Positions 1 to 10,683 are shown, counted from the first letter of the stretch. The stretch: 64,000 nucleotides of DNA from Phycisphaerae bacterium (GCA_035356615.1 DAOQSN010000001.1:259254-323253); one strand, 5' to 3'. Notes: generated by a model from the letters alone, not told the origin. Numbers and translations are program-made.

Positions 1-161
1 GGACCGCGCGGACCCAGGCCCGCGACACGCCTGGGTTCGGGCGTCTCGGACGGGCGGCTTGCACTCACCCGTTCCGTGACGATCACCGTTCAGATCGAGG
101 TCGCGGCATCACGCCCGGTGAGATAGAATACGAACCGTTCCTTCGAACCGGAGGAAAGGTC

Positions 162-1610
162 ATGTTGCGTGATTCGTACCCCTACTATCTCGCCAGCCGG
201 CCGGTGGCGGCCAATGCGGACCTGGTCGTCACGAACAAGTACACGCAGGAGCCGGCCTGCCGGGTGGCACAGGCGGAGGCGCGGGCGATCGAGGCGGGCA
301 TCGCGGCCGCGGCGCGCGCGGCGGAGCCGATGCACAGGCTGCCGGCCTATCGGCGGCAGGCGGTCTTGCAGCACATCATCCAGCGCGTCACGGAGCGCCA
401 CGAGGAACTTGCCCACGCGTTGTGCATCGAGGCGGGCAAGCCGATCCGCGATGCCCGCGTGGAAGTCACGCGGATGATCGACACGTTCCGCGTGGCCGCG
501 GAGGAGGCGGTGCGCATCACGGGTGAGTATCTGCCGCTCGATGTCAGCTCACGGGCCGAAGGGTTGGAGGGCATCGTGCGGCGCGTGCCCGTGGGGCCGT
601 GCAGCTTCATCTGCCCATTCAATTTCCCGCTCAACCTGGTGGCCCACAAGGTGGCCCCGGCCCTGGCGGTGGGTTGTCCGTTCGTGCTCAAGCCGGCCAG
701 CCGCACGCCGGTGGGAGCACTGATCCTGGGTGAGATTCTCGCGGAGACCGACCTGCCCGAAGGGGCGTTCAGCATCCTGCCGTGTGCGCGCGACGGCGCG
801 GACTTGTTCACCACGGATGAGCGTCTGAAGCTGCTGAGCTTCACCGGCTCGGCCGAGGCCGGGTGGGAGCTGAAGGCCCGCGCGGGCAAGAAGAAGGTCG
901 TGCTCGAACTCGGGGGTAACGCGGGGTGCATTGTCGATGCCGGTGTGGACCTCGACTACGCGGCCGGGCGCCTCGTGTTCGGCGCGTTCTATCAGTCCGG
1001 GCAGAGCTGCATCAGCGTGCAGCGGATCGTCGCGCATCGCTCCGTCTACGAGCCGCTCAAGCAGCGCCTCGGGCAGCGCGCCGCGGCGCTGAAGATGGGC
1101 GACCCGCTGGAGGAGGACACGTTCCTCGGGCCGCTCATCAGCGAGGAGGCAGCCCGGCGCGTGGAGAGCTGGGTGGACGAAGCCGCAGCCGGCGGGGCGC
1201 ATGTGGTCGTCGGCGGCCGGCGCCACGGGGTGTTCTACGAGGCCACCCTGCTGGAGAACGTGGAGCCGCGGCAGAAGGTCTCCTGCCAGGAGGTCTTCGG
1301 CCCCGTGACGACGTTGCAACCGTTCGAGGATTTCGCGGAGGCGGTGCGGACGGTCAACGCCGGCCGTTACGGCCTGCAAGCCGGCGTGTTCACGCCGAAC
1401 CTGGAGCACGCGTTCTATGCGTTCAACGAGTTGGAGGTCGGCGGCGTCGTGATCAACGACGTGCCCAGCGTGCGCGTGGACTCGATGCCGTATGGCGGCG
1501 TGAAGGACTCCGGTCTGGGGCGCGAGGGCGTCCGCTACGCGATGCAGGAAATGACGGAGCCGCGGCTACTCCTGCTAAGCAAGGTCGGGAGACTGCCAGG
1601 CACCTCGTAG
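162..1610 (+). CDS. NAD(P)+-dependent aldehyde dehydrogenase family protein
   Basis: 482-aa ORF with SD-like GGAGGAAAGG just upstream of the ATG. The translation carries ALDH motifs FTGS, ELGGN (catalytic Glu context) and GQSC (catalytic Cys). Confidence 0.9.
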   Translation: MLRDSYPYYLASRPVAANADLVVTNKYTQEPACRVAQAEARAIEAGIAAAARAAEPMHRLPAYRRQAVLQHIIQRVTERHEELAHALCIEAGKPIRDARVEVTRMIDTFRVAAEEAVRITGEYLPLDVSSRAEGLEGIVRRVPVGPCSFICPFNFPLNLVAHKVAPALAVGCPFVLKPASRTPVGALILGEILAETDLPEGAFSILPCARDGADLFTTDERLKLLSFTGSAEAGWELKARAGKKKVVLELGGNAGCIVDAGVDLDYAAGRLVFGAFYQSGQSCISVQRIVAHRSVYEPLKQRLGQRAAALKMGDPLEEDTFLGPLISEEAARRVESWVDEAAAGGAHVVVGGRRHGVFYEATLLENVEPRQKVSCQEVFGPVTTLQPFEDFAEAVRTVNAGRYGLQAGVFTPNLEHAFYAFNELEVGGVVINDVPSVRVDSMPYGGVKDSGLGREGVRYAMQEMTEPRLLLLSKVGRLPGTS

Positions 1611-1626
1611 CGCGCGCGGCACTCCC

Positions 1627-1668
1627 GAATGCAAACCGCAGAAGTCAGAATGCAGAAGGCAGTCGTCA
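1627..1668 (+). repeat. 7-nt-phased repeat (copy D1): GAATGCA AACCGCA GAAGTCA GAATGCA GAAGGCA GTCGTCA
   Basis: Six consecutive heptads read directly. The run begins 17 nt after the ALDH stop codon. Confidence 0.8.
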
Positions 1669-1915
1669 TGGTGCCTTGCCGCACCCGGACCCCATGAGAA
1701 GACACTTGGCGTCGTCAGCCCGTACTGACGAGGACTCCGACTTTTCACGGCAGAAAGGGGCGACCCTGACTGTCCTGGGGGCCACGTTCTGCCCGGCCCT
1801 GGAAGGGCCGAAGTCAGTAGCCAGGGGTGTCAACCCCTGGGGAGAGACGAACTCAGCTTCCTGCCGCCGCCCGGGCAGGGCGGCGGAGATACAAAGAAAG
1901 CGCCGGACTGCGATC

Positions 1916-1963
1916 CCCAGGGTTGTCACCCTGGGCTGACAACTTCGACCCCTCCGGCGTCGC
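1916..1963. repeat. REP-like repeat family B, copy B1 (CCCAGGGTTGTCACCCTGGGCTGACAACTTCGACCCCTCCGGCGTCGC)
   Basis: Near-identical second copy at 36981-36029 region (36981..37029). Contains the hairpin CCCAGGGT..ACCCTGGG. Confidence 0.75.
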
Positions 1964-2009
1964 ATCAGCGGTTTCGTCAATCCATGCTGACGAGGACCAA
2001 GACTTCGCA

Positions 2010-2091
2010 GAACACAATGCAGAAGTCAGAATGCTGAAAGGGAGATTGGTGCGCGACCCTTTCTGCATTCTGACTTCATCATTCTGCATTC
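2010..2091. repeat. 7-nt-phased palindromic element (copy D2), two about 33-nt arms around a 14-nt centre
   Basis: The minus strand of the right arm reads GAATGCA GAATGAT GAAGTCA GAATGCA GAAAGGG. The plus strand of the left arm reads ..GAAGTCA GAATGCT GAAAGGG. The right arm supplies the last codons and the TGA stop of the nuclease gene. Confidence 0.8.
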
Positions 2092-3065
2092 CCCGGCTTC
2101 GTGTCCCCCTGGGGCCGCTGCGGCGGCAGCGGCTGTGGCATCGGCATGGGGGGAACCACGCGCTGACGGGGCGCCGGGTGCCAGTCGGGGAGTTTCACTT
2201 CCGCGGAATCCCGCCAGGCGGTGACGAAGACGGTGGCCGTGAAGCGGGCACCCGCGGCGAACCGCTCCTGGGCAAACGCCGCCACGTCCATTGGCAACCC
2301 ACGCAAGCTGTGCGGGGTGGGCAACTCGGCCTCCAGTTCGTACACACGCTCGACGAGGGCGTGACTGCGCTGAAGTTCCTCCAGAATGCCGGACCAGAGA
2401 CTCGGGCAGGCCGTGGGCGCGGGCGTCGGTGGCGCGTCGCCGGGAAGGTACGGCCAGGCGTCCGAGTGCTCGAGCAGGGCATCCACTTTGGCGTGGATGC
2501 CGGTCTGGGGCGATGTTCCGTCGGGTTTCGCCCGGCCGTCGTAGTGGACGGTGGTGTGCAACGGCTGGCAGAGGTCCTGCGCGTAGTGGGCGACAAGGCC
2601 GGCATAGAGCAGGCACTTGTTGCGAATCTGGGGATCGTCGGGCCAACGTCGGTGCTCGGCGAACGCGAAGGTCAGGCGTTGGCCGGCCTCCAGCAGGGCA
2701 TAGGGCAGCATGCCGACCTTGGCGGGCTCGAGCTCCTTGCGGGCGCAGAGGGCGATGAACTCGTAGCGGGTGGCGGGAAGCTGGGCGCCGCCCAGGAGTT
2801 CGTGGTCGAGGAAGTGTTCGGGGCCTTCCGTGGCGCTCAGCGCGGCCAGGCCCGAGCTGGCCAGCAGGTCCGGCTCGGCCGCGTAGATACCGATGGTGGT
2901 CGCTCCGTCGCGGAAGAACGCCGGCACGGCATCCGGCAACATAGCCACGGTGGCTTCCGTTACGCGCGCATGACCCTGGGCATACCAGGCGTCGGCGCTA
3001 GGGACGCACAGCACGAGCAGCGCGGCACCAAGGACCACCGCGCATCGCGTACACCACTGCGCCAT
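2079..3065 (-). CDS. S1/P1 nuclease-family (zinc-dependent) secreted protein
   Basis: Signal peptide MAQWCTRCAVVLGAALLVLCVPSADA is followed by W-x-x-x-GH. EHFLDHE and HYAQDLCQPLH resemble the S1/P1 HF.D and H..GD..QPLH zinc motifs. Start moved to the internal ATG at 3065. Confidence 0.75.
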   Translation of the reverse strand: MAQWCTRCAVVLGAALLVLCVPSADAWYAQGHARVTEATVAMLPDAVPAFFRDGATTIGIYAAEPDLLASSGLAALSATEGPEHFLDHELLGGAQLPATRYEFIALCARKELEPAKVGMLPYALLEAGQRLTFAFAEHRRWPDDPQIRNKCLLYAGLVAHYAQDLCQPLHTTVHYDGRAKPDGTSPQTGIHAKVDALLEHSDAWPYLPGDAPPTPAPTACPSLWSGILEELQRSHALVERVYELEAELPTPHSLRGLPMDVAAFAQERFAAGARFTATVFVTAWRDSAEVKLPDWHPAPRQRVVPPMPMPQPLPPQRPQGDTKPGNAE

Positions 3066-3250
3066 TGGATGTTCTCCGATCTCCACCTTGACCTTCGCCG
3101 TGGTCGAAGTGTGGCTCGACCGCAACGGTACACTCCGGATTGCGGACCGGCAAGGCCGACCGCGCGGGGCGTTCGTGGGTGTCGCCCACCCCTGCGAGGG
3201 GATGAGGGGCAGGAGAGAGACGACCCCTCGCGTTACCGCTCGGGCGCGGG

Positions 3251-3555
3251 TCAGTGGTCGGGCGCGGACGGTTGTTTAAACGCTCTGCGGACGGCCTCTT
3301 CCAGGACGGACTCGATCCGGACGGTCTTGAGGGGCTGAGTGTGGCCGGCCACCACTTCGATGCGGCGGCGGGGAACGTTCAGGAGCTTGGCCAGGTAGGC
3401 GGTGAGGGCGGTGTTGGCTTAGCCGTGCTCGGGGGCGGCGGCCACGGCGATGCGCGCCCGGCGGACCCTTCGCCTGACAGGCGCGTGCGGGAAGCGCCGG
3501 GAACGACCTTCACCGGTAGCCACGCGGCACCCTCTGCGCTCCTCAGTTCGAGCAT
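3251..3555 (-). pseudogene. DUF167 (YggU-like) gene remnant with one frameshift and one in-frame TAA
   Basis: The minus strand reads MLELRSAEGAAWLPVKVVPGASRTRLSGEG. After a frame change near 3452-3470 it reads RIAVAAAPEHG*ANTALTAYLAKLLNVPRRRIEVVAGHTQPLKTVRIESV. The TAA at 3419-3421 sits where the family has the GKAN lysine. Confidence 0.65.
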
Positions 3556-3684
3556 GCGTGTGTCCTAATGCGCATGCGCGAAGATGCGACGGGGACGTCG
3601 AGGTGCGTCCGCCCCCCGGCGATCCCTGATCGGATCGGCGGCGCGGTATGATCGATGCGGACCAGACGGCCGGTCACTGCTCGG

Positions 3685-5970
3685 CTACGGCCGGCTCACT
3701 ACCGGCTCCGCGATGCGCGTCGCGTCGGCCAGCGTCGGGTACTGCTCGCCGAGCAGGCGGATGCGCATGACCAGCAGGGCTGTGTCGAGCTGCGGGTCGA
3801 TCTTGGGTCGCTTGTTCTCGTCGAGGTCCTCCTCGGTCAAGGCAGGCAAGTCGGGTGGTCCGACGAGGTCCTCGAGCGTGGGCGTTAACCCGCTACCCGG
3901 TGGCGCTGGCGGGGTTGCGGCACCTGCGGCGGCCTCAGGGGCGGGCGTGGTCTCGGTACCGGTAGGCGTCGCCGAGGCCGACGCGTCCTTCACTTCCTTC
4001 GGTGGCGGCGGTGGTCCCAGCCGATCGCGCTCCCGACGCGCGTTCAGCACGTTGACCTTCTCCGCCCGCACGAGCTTGACCTCGATGTCGGGCTCCACTC
4101 CCCACGTCTTCGCGTCGTCACTGCGATGCAGACAGGCGCCGCTGGGAAGGTAGTAGCGGGCGGTGGTCACTTTGATGCTCGCCCGCGTCGTCGCACTGAG
4201 CGGGATGAGGTTCTGCACGCTGAACTTGCCGAACGTGCGTGAGCCCACCGCCAGCGCCCGCCCGTTGTCCCGCAGCGCCCCGGCCACGATCTCCGAGGCA
4301 CTGGCGCTGAACTCGTCGGTCAGCACCACCGTGGGCACGTCGCGGAACGGCCCGTCGAAGGGCACCGTGAAGCGCTGATCTTCGCTGGCCTCGCGCCCGC
4401 GCGTGCTGACGACTTCCGCCCCGCGCGGCAGGAACAGCGCCGAGATGTCAAACGCGGCGCTGAGCAGCCCCCCGGGGTTGCCGCGCAGGTCCAGAATCAG
4501 CCCCTGCAAGCCGTTCGCCTGCAGGTCGCGCACCGCGCGGAAGACGTCCTCCGGCGTATTGCGCTGGAAGTTGTTGACGTACACGTAGCCGATGCGGTTC
4601 GGTTCGTCGATCCAGTAGTTCCAGTGCTCGTCGGCATCGCGCATGTATCCCTTCACCGACTGGATCTTGACCTTCGTGCGGGTAAGCGGGAACTCGAGTT
4701 CCTTGCCGCCCCGGCGGATGGTCAGCGTCACCGGCGTGTCCGGCGGGCCGGTGATGATGTCCACCACCTTCGTCAGCGACAGCTTCTGAATGCTCTGGCC
4801 GTCCACCGCGATGACCACATCCCCCGCCTGGATACCGGCCCGGTAGGCGGGCGTGTCGTCCAGCGGGCTCTGCACCTCGATCTCCTCCGCCCGGTTCTTG
4901 ATGATCGAGATGCCCACCCCGATGAAGTCGCCGCGGGTGTGCTTCTCGAACTCATCGAAGTCCCGCGGCCAGATCACTGTCGTGAAGTCGTCCAGCGGCT
5001 CACAGGCGCCGCGCATCATCTCGCTGACCAGCAGTTCCTCCGGCAGGTTGACCGTCTGCGGGTTGATCGTCTTCACGACCCGGCGGAAGGTGTCCACCAG
5101 TTCGCGGCGGTCCACGCTCGGCAGCGTCCGCAGGCGCTCCAGGTGCACCTGGACGCGGTTGCGGAAGTCCGCCCGGTCGTTCTCATTGCCCAAGCGGGCA
5201 AACAACCGCTGCGCCGACTTCGATTCCGACAACAGCAGGGCCTGCTCCAGCCCCATGACGGCCATCTTGCGGAAGTCGGGGAGCTCGACGTAATACGCAT
5301 CCACGTGCTCCAGGGCCCGCTGGGCGTCCTCCCAGCGCACGTTCTCCAACGCCTCCCGCCAGTCGTAGTCCTTCTCGAACATCGCCTCCAGACGCACGTG
5401 CGTGAGCGCCTCGCGCTGCAGGTTCTCGTAGGTCTTCTCGCGCTCCTTCAGCCACAGCAGCCGCGCCGAAAGTTGCAGGACCGTCTCCCAGTCACCCTGG
5501 GCCTTGGCCTCCTGGGCCCGCGCCCAGGCGTCCCCCATCAGCTTGACCACCCAGTCCGTCGCCAGGAACGCGTCCCCGTCCTCCGCGACGTCCTTGGCCG
5601 CCCAGACCCAGTCCAACGCCTCCTTGTACTCCAGCCGCTCGAAGCGCGCCTGCGCGTAGCCCACGTAGCGGGCCATGTCCTCCGCATCGAGGGCACGCCG
5701 CTGCTGCAATTGCCGCTCCTGCTCGGCCAGCCACGTGTTCACCTGCTGAATCAGCGGCGCCCCCGGGCTGACCTTCGCCAGCATGTCCGAGGCGGCCGTG
5801 AACTTGCCCGTGCTGACCAGGTTAACCGTGCGCTGCCAGGCATCCGTCTGGCTCGCCCCGATCTTGGGTCCCTGGTCCGGACCCGCGCCCACACACAGCC
5901 ACGCCACCAGGGCGATCACCAGCAGCCCGCGGTACTTCAATGCCCATTTGGCCTGCCGAGAATAATCCAT
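3685..5970 (-). CDS. Carboxyl-terminal processing protease (peptidase S41) with PDZ domain and long N-terminal helical region
   Basis: 761-aa ORF with an N-terminal membrane anchor. It has a PDZ-like GIQAGDVVIAVDG, an S41 core LDLRGNPGGLL and FGKFSVQ. The C-terminal tail is Pro/Ala-rich. Confidence 0.85.
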   Translation of the reverse strand: MDYSRQAKWALKYRGLLVIALVAWLCVGAGPDQGPKIGASQTDAWQRTVNLVSTGKFTAASDMLAKVSPGAPLIQQVNTWLAEQERQLQQRRALDAEDMARYVGYAQARFERLEYKEALDWVWAAKDVAEDGDAFLATDWVVKLMGDAWARAQEAKAQGDWETVLQLSARLLWLKEREKTYENLQREALTHVRLEAMFEKDYDWREALENVRWEDAQRALEHVDAYYVELPDFRKMAVMGLEQALLLSESKSAQRLFARLGNENDRADFRNRVQVHLERLRTLPSVDRRELVDTFRRVVKTINPQTVNLPEELLVSEMMRGACEPLDDFTTVIWPRDFDEFEKHTRGDFIGVGISIIKNRAEEIEVQSPLDDTPAYRAGIQAGDVVIAVDGQSIQKLSLTKVVDIITGPPDTPVTLTIRRGGKELEFPLTRTKVKIQSVKGYMRDADEHWNYWIDEPNRIGYVYVNNFQRNTPEDVFRAVRDLQANGLQGLILDLRGNPGGLLSAAFDISALFLPRGAEVVSTRGREASEDQRFTVPFDGPFRDVPTVVLTDEFSASASEIVAGALRDNGRALAVGSRTFGKFSVQNLIPLSATTRASIKVTTARYYLPSGACLHRSDDAKTWGVEPDIEVKLVRAEKVNVLNARRERDRLGPPPPPKEVKDASASATPTGTETTPAPEAAAGAATPPAPPGSGLTPTLEDLVGPPDLPALTEEDLDENKRPKIDPQLDTALLVMRIRLLGEQYPTLADATRIAEPVVSRP

Positions 5971-6577
5971 GTACTCACTACCCTTGCTGCCAGACCAAGT
6001 TCATCAGCCGGGAGAGACTACCGGACCACGCCCAAGCCGACTCGCCGCCCGCCCCGTTGGATCACCACCGCGGCCACCAGCCGCACCCGCGCGCCGGTCC
6101 GATAGGTACGTGCATCCCCTCCCCCTCTTCAGTATATGATTCGCCCCCCGCCGGTTCCAATACTCGGACCATCCGGGCCCCTTTCCGACGACATCCGACA
6201 CGACGCAGACCCACGCAGCGGCGGCACGTGGCCGCCGCCCCGCTGCGTCACGCGTACCCGGAGCATGCATTCCTCCGCCCTGTGAGCAGTCCCGCGCGGG
6301 AGCGCGCCTCCCGGTACTTCGGCGGGGCAGGCCCGGCCGTACAGCCGCGTGCCCTTGACAAGAGCCGGCCCCGCCCGGCGGTCACGTTCCCGGACATTGC
6401 CCAAGCAACGTAACCGTGCGCGCGGCGCGAAACGTGAACCAAGGCGGCCACCGAGGCGTTGCCCCCCGGGACCACCGGCGATACGCTGACCGGATTCCCG
6501 GCGAGTCGCCCGGCGAAACCCCAGCGCGGAACCACGGCTCGGCCGCGACTCCGCCGCGGGGCAGGGTGTCACCGTCC

Positions 6578-9418
6578 ATGAGCCCGCCCAATCGAATCCA
6601 TGTCATTGGCGCGCGCCAGCACAACCTCAAAGGAATAGACGTCCACATCCCCCGCGGAGCGCTCACGGTGATCACGGGACTCTCCGGGTCTGGAAAAAGT
6701 TCACTCGCATTTGACACAATCTACGCCGAGGGGCAGCGCAAGTACGTCGAGTCGCTGTCGGCGTACGCCCGCCAGTTTCTGGAGCAGATGCAGAAACCGG
6801 ACGTCGATCGCATCGAGGGGCTCAGCCCGACGGTCGCCATCGAGCAGCGCGCACCCACCGTCAGCCCACGTTCCACGGTGGCTACGACCACGGAGATTCA
6901 CGACTACCTGCGCGTCCTGTATGCCCGCGTGGGGGAACCCCACTGCTGGGAATGTGGCCGCCCGATCGGACGGCAGACCACGACCCAGATCGTGGACACG
7001 GTGCTGGCCGGTCCGGAGGGGCAGCGCTTGCTCGTCTTGGCACCGTTGGCCAAAGACCAGCGTGGCAGCCACCGGGCCCTGCTCGACCAGGTTCGCAAGC
7101 AAGGCTTCCTGCGGGCCCGCATCGACGGCGAGGTGGCGCTGCTCGAACAGCACGAGGCGCTGAACCCCGCCCGCCGACACTCAATCGACGTCGTGGTGGA
7201 CCGGCTCACGCTGAAGCCGGGCCTGACCGCGCGGCTGACGGACAGCATCGAAACCGCGCTGCGGCTGACCGCCGGTCGGGTCGTGCTGGCCGAAGTCACG
7301 GACACCGGCGAGTTGCATGACCGAGTGTTCAGCACCGCCCTGGCCTGTCCGCTGCATCCCGAAGTGCGCCTCGACGAGTTGACGCCGCAGTTGTTCAGCT
7401 TCAACTCGCCGGAGGGCGCGTGTCCCGTCTGCCACGGCCTGGGCATCACAATGGAGTTCGACGAAACGCTCATCGCGCCCGACCGGGGCCTGTCGCTCGG
7501 CCGGGGGGCGATCGCGGCCGGGCAACAGCCGGGCAACCGCGGACGGGCATCCCTGGCCCAGATGCTGGCGAGCTTCTGCCGCGACTTCAAGGCGTCCGCC
7601 GAGGTACCGCTGCGCAAACTCGCGCCGGACCTCCTGCGCATCCTGATGCACGGCACGACACCTGCCGACGAGGCCGCACACGGCGCCGCGTTCGAGGGGA
7701 TCATCCCGCACCTCAAGCAGCGCTACGAGAGTACGGAGTCGGAAACCCTCAAGCAGCGCCTGCACGCCTTCCTGGCCGAGACGCCGTGCGTTGCCTGCCG
7801 CGGCACGCGCCTGACGCCGGCGGCACGCGCGGTACGGGTCGCGGGCCTGGGCATCGCGGAGGTGACGGCCATGACCGTCACACGGGCGCGGGTGTGGTTC
7901 GATGAGCTGACCTTCACCGGAGAACCGGCGGCCGTCGCCGAGCCGCTCCTGCATGGGTTACGGCACCGGCTGAAGTTCCTCTGCGACGTGGGGGTTGACT
8001 ACCTGACGCTGGACCGCCGCAGCGCCACTCTGTCGGGCGGCGAGGGGCAGCGCATCCGCCTGGGCACCCAGATCGGCAGCGGTCTGGCGGGCATCTGTTA
8101 CGTGCTCGATGAGCCGACCTGCGGTCTGCATGCGCGCGATGGCGCGCGGCTGGCGACCATCCTGCGCCAATTGACGGCGCTTGATAACACCGTCATCGTC
8201 GTTGAGCACGATGATCAGATCATCGCGGCCGCCGATTACATAGTTGACATCGGTCCCGGCGCCGGGGCCAACGGCGGACACGTGGTTTGCCAGGGATCGC
8301 GCGCCGACCTGCTGAAGTGTTCCGCATCCCTGACGGCCGCGTACCTCACCGGGCGCGCGGAGATTCCGGTCCCCGAGCAGCGCCGGCCGCCGGACCCCCG
8401 CCGCATCCTGGAACTCAAGGGCGCCGAAGCGAACAACCTCAAGAAGATCAATGCCCGCTTCCCGCTGGGCTGCTTCATCTGCGTGACCGGCGTCTCCGGC
8501 AGCGGCAAGAGCACGCTGGTGACGCAGACGCTGCTGCCGGTGCTGAAGCGCGGGCTGTATCGCAGCGGCCCGCGGCCGGGGGCGTTTCAGCGCATCGTGG
8601 GCAGTGAGAAGGTCGAGGCCGTGGTCGAGGTCGACCAGTCGCCCATCGGCCGGACGCCGCGCAGCACGCCGGCTACCTACGTCGGAGTCTTCGACCTGGT
8701 GCGCCGGCTTTACGCCCGCACCCGCGAGGCCAAGGTACGCGGCTACGGCCCGCCGCGTTTCAGCTTCAACGTGCCGGGCGGCCGCTGCGAGGATTGCCAG
8801 GGGCAGGGGCTCAAACGCCTGGAGATGCACTTCCTGCCGGACATGTATGTGACCTGCGGCTCGTGCCACGGCACCCGCTACGGCCGGGAGACCCTCGAAG
8901 TCCGCTACCGCGGTAAGAACATCGCCGACGTGCTCGACCTGCGCGTGGCCGAGGCCGTCAGGTTCTTCGAGAACTTCAACCACATCCGCCAGCGCTTGCA
9001 GACGCTCAAGGATGTCGGGCTCGGTTACCTGACGCTGGGACAGGCGTCCAACACGCTTTCCGGCGGCGAGGCGCAGCGTGTCAAGCTGGCGGCGGAACTC
9101 TTCAAAACGCCCGACGCCCATACGGTGTATATTCTGGACGAGCCGACCACCGGCCTGCATCCCGCCGACGTGCAACAGTTGCTGGGCGTGCTGAACCGTC
9201 TCGCGGACCGCGGGCACACCATTATTGTGATCGAGCACAACCTCGACGTGATCAAGTCCGCCGACTGGATCATCGACCTGGGCCCCGAGGGCGGCGACGC
9301 CGGCGGCCACATCGTCGCGGAGGGGACCCCCGAACAGGTAGCCGAGCACCCGACCAGCTACACGGGTAAGTACCTGCGCGCGCGACTCAATGCGCCCGCG
9401 CCAGACGCAAAGGCGTAA
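6578..9418 (+). CDS. uvrA: Excinuclease ABC subunit A
   Basis: The translation from the internal ATG at 6578 starts [56 protein letters not shown]. There are two ABC modules, zinc-finger Cys pairs and LSGGE signatures. Confidence 0.95.
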   Translation: MSPPNRIHVIGARQHNLKGIDVHIPRGALTVITGLSGSGKSSLAFDTIYAEGQRKYVESLSAYARQFLEQMQKPDVDRIEGLSPTVAIEQRAPTVSPRSTVATTTEIHDYLRVLYARVGEPHCWECGRPIGRQTTTQIVDTVLAGPEGQRLLVLAPLAKDQRGSHRALLDQVRKQGFLRARIDGEVALLEQHEALNPARRHSIDVVVDRLTLKPGLTARLTDSIETALRLTAGRVVLAEVTDTGELHDRVFSTALACPLHPEVRLDELTPQLFSFNSPEGACPVCHGLGITMEFDETLIAPDRGLSLGRGAIAAGQQPGNRGRASLAQMLASFCRDFKASAEVPLRKLAPDLLRILMHGTTPADEAAHGAAFEGIIPHLKQRYESTESETLKQRLHAFLAETPCVACRGTRLTPAARAVRVAGLGIAEVTAMTVTRARVWFDELTFTGEPAAVAEPLLHGLRHRLKFLCDVGVDYLTLDRRSATLSGGEGQRIRLGTQIGSGLAGICYVLDEPTCGLHARDGARLATILRQLTALDNTVIVVEHDDQIIAAADYIVDIGPGAGANGGHVVCQGSRADLLKCSASLTAAYLTGRAEIPVPEQRRPPDPRRILELKGAEANNLKKINARFPLGCFICVTGVSGSGKSTLVTQTLLPVLKRGLYRSGPRPGAFQRIVGSEKVEAVVEVDQSPIGRTPRSTPATYVGVFDLVRRLYARTREAKVRGYGPPRFSFNVPGGRCEDCQGQGLKRLEMHFLPDMYVTCGSCHGTRYGRETLEVRYRGKNIADVLDLRVAEAVRFFENFNHIRQRLQTLKDVGLGYLTLGQASNTLSGGEAQRVKLAAELFKTPDAHTVYILDEPTTGLHPADVQQLLGVLNRLADRGHTIIVIEHNLDVIKSADWIIDLGPEGGDAGGHIVAEGTPEQVAEHPTSYTGKYLRARLNAPAPDAKA

Positions 9419-9488
9419 CCCCGAAGGATCGCCCAAAGGGAGCCGAGTGTACAGCCTGCCCAGAGGGCAACACGATTCCGGCTTTGGC

Positions 9489-9506
9489 AAGCGAGGGCCC
9501 TCGCTT
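9489..9506. terminator. Perfect 18-nt GC-rich palindrome AAGCGAGGGCCCTCGCTT downstream of uvrA
   Basis: Read directly. It lies 71 nt after the uvrA stop and has no T-tract. Confidence 0.3.
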
Positions 9507-9748
9507 CCGCTCGGGCTCCGTTGGTCGCAGGCCCCTGTGCCGCGCGGACCGCCATCCCCACCGGCCCGGGGCCGGGGCACCGGCGGAGTCAAGGGAGCTA
9601 CCGCGTGAGCGACCATGACGACCGCACTCGGCCCGCTTCGCACACGATTTGACACCCATACCCTTGCCCCCGGCGCCAATGGCTGCCAGACTGCCTACCT
9701 GTGGCACTGTCTGGAACTCGCACTCGAATCAGGAACGGCAGGTGAACC

Positions 9749-10660
9749 ATGACAACCGGAGTCGCCCTCAGCCTCATCCACGTAGTGCTCGCTGCGATTC
9801 CCTGTGTACAGCCTCCACCGCCCGAGAAGTACCCGGTGAAACAGCTCACCAACGATCCGGTCCAGGAAGGGTTTCCGTGCTGGTCGCCAGACGGGAAGAC
9901 GATCGTGTTCTCGCGTATCGAGGTGCCGACGACCGAGAAGACCGGTCTGTGGCGGATTCCGCGCGAAGGCGGCACGGCCACACGCTTGACCAACATCCTG
10001 GCCGAGCATCCCAGCTACTCTCCGGACGGCGCCTACATCGTCTTCGACGCGGATGAGGGCAAGAGCGTCAAGCTGATCTCCGCCACCGGCGGGACGCCCA
10101 TTCGCATCGTGCCCGAGTCGATCCCGGTGTATCAGGGCAGCAATCCTCTGTGGTCGCCGGACTCTGCGCGGATCGCATTCCACGAGGGCTGGAACCTGTG
10201 GGTACTCGAACTTTCGACGGGGCAACTGACGAAGGTGTTCGCCGAAGAGAATATCGTGCCCCTGACTACCTGCTGGTCACGCGACGCCCAGACAATCTAT
10301 GTGGTGAAGGCCGTGCGGCCCCAGCCCTGGACGCTGTGGACGTTCTCCGCGGACTGGAAGCCGAAGCAGCAGCTTACCTTCGAGAAGGATGGGCTTGCCA
10401 GGTACGCTGATTTGTCGCCGGACGGCGCGCTGCTGGTCTTCACGTTGTGCGAAGGCAGGGCTTGCGACCTGTGGGTCATGCCTGCGGGCGGCGGCAAGCG
10501 AATCCAACTCACCACGGACCCGGCCTACGATGACACGCCGCGCTGGTCGCCCGACGGCAAGGCCATCGCGTTTACGAGCACGCGGTCCGGCAACTTCGAC
10601 ATCTGGCTGATGGAAGTCGACGCGGCCGCGCTGCTGAAGGAACTGGAGTCACTCAAGTAG
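9749..10660 (+). CDS. TolB-like WD40/PD40 beta-propeller repeat protein
   Basis: SPDG-type repeats recur: SPDGKTIVFS, SPDGAYIVF, SPDSARIAF, SPDGALLVF and SPDGKAIAFTSTRSGNFDIWLM. There is an N-terminal hydrophobic signal. Confidence 0.85.
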   Translation: MTTGVALSLIHVVLAAIPCVQPPPPEKYPVKQLTNDPVQEGFPCWSPDGKTIVFSRIEVPTTEKTGLWRIPREGGTATRLTNILAEHPSYSPDGAYIVFDADEGKSVKLISATGGTPIRIVPESIPVYQGSNPLWSPDSARIAFHEGWNLWVLELSTGQLTKVFAEENIVPLTTCWSRDAQTIYVVKAVRPQPWTLWTFSADWKPKQQLTFEKDGLARYADLSPDGALLVFTLCEGRACDLWVMPAGGGKRIQLTTDPAYDDTPRWSPDGKAIAFTSTRSGNFDIWLMEVDAAALLKELESLK

Positions 10661-10683
10661 GCGGCCACTCGGAGCGAACGACC

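Noticed and set aside
1827-3338. Long antisense or alternative-frame ORFs throughout the window. Examples: 1827-3338, 12353-14269, 18771-20321, 21531-23696, 27352-29079, 34913-36994, 39019-40548, 44994-46766, 48842-50266 and 61171-62838.
   Set aside because: Their translations are Arg/Pro/Gly/Ala-rich with no motifs. They lie opposite or out of frame to ORFs with clear family signatures, which is the typical shadow-ORF pattern of high-GC DNA.
6213-6248. Long GC hairpin (CGCAGCGGCGGC-ACGTG-GCCGCCG..CCGCTGCG) in the ctp-uvrA divergent spacer, considered as an SOS/LexA operator for uvrA.
   Set aside because: It does not match any LexA-box consensus I know. It lies more than 300 nt from the uvrA start, and GC-rich hairpins are common by chance at this base composition.
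6416-6577. N-terminal extensions of longest ORFs. Examples: uvrA from 6416, aminotransferase to 15843, mqnA to 55432, cytochrome c to 61535, peptidase to 29550, folE to 21843 and the FG-GAP gene to 20531.
   Set aside because: The extensions are low-complexity or run through repeat elements. Internal ATG/GTG codons give N-termini or signal peptides that match the families.
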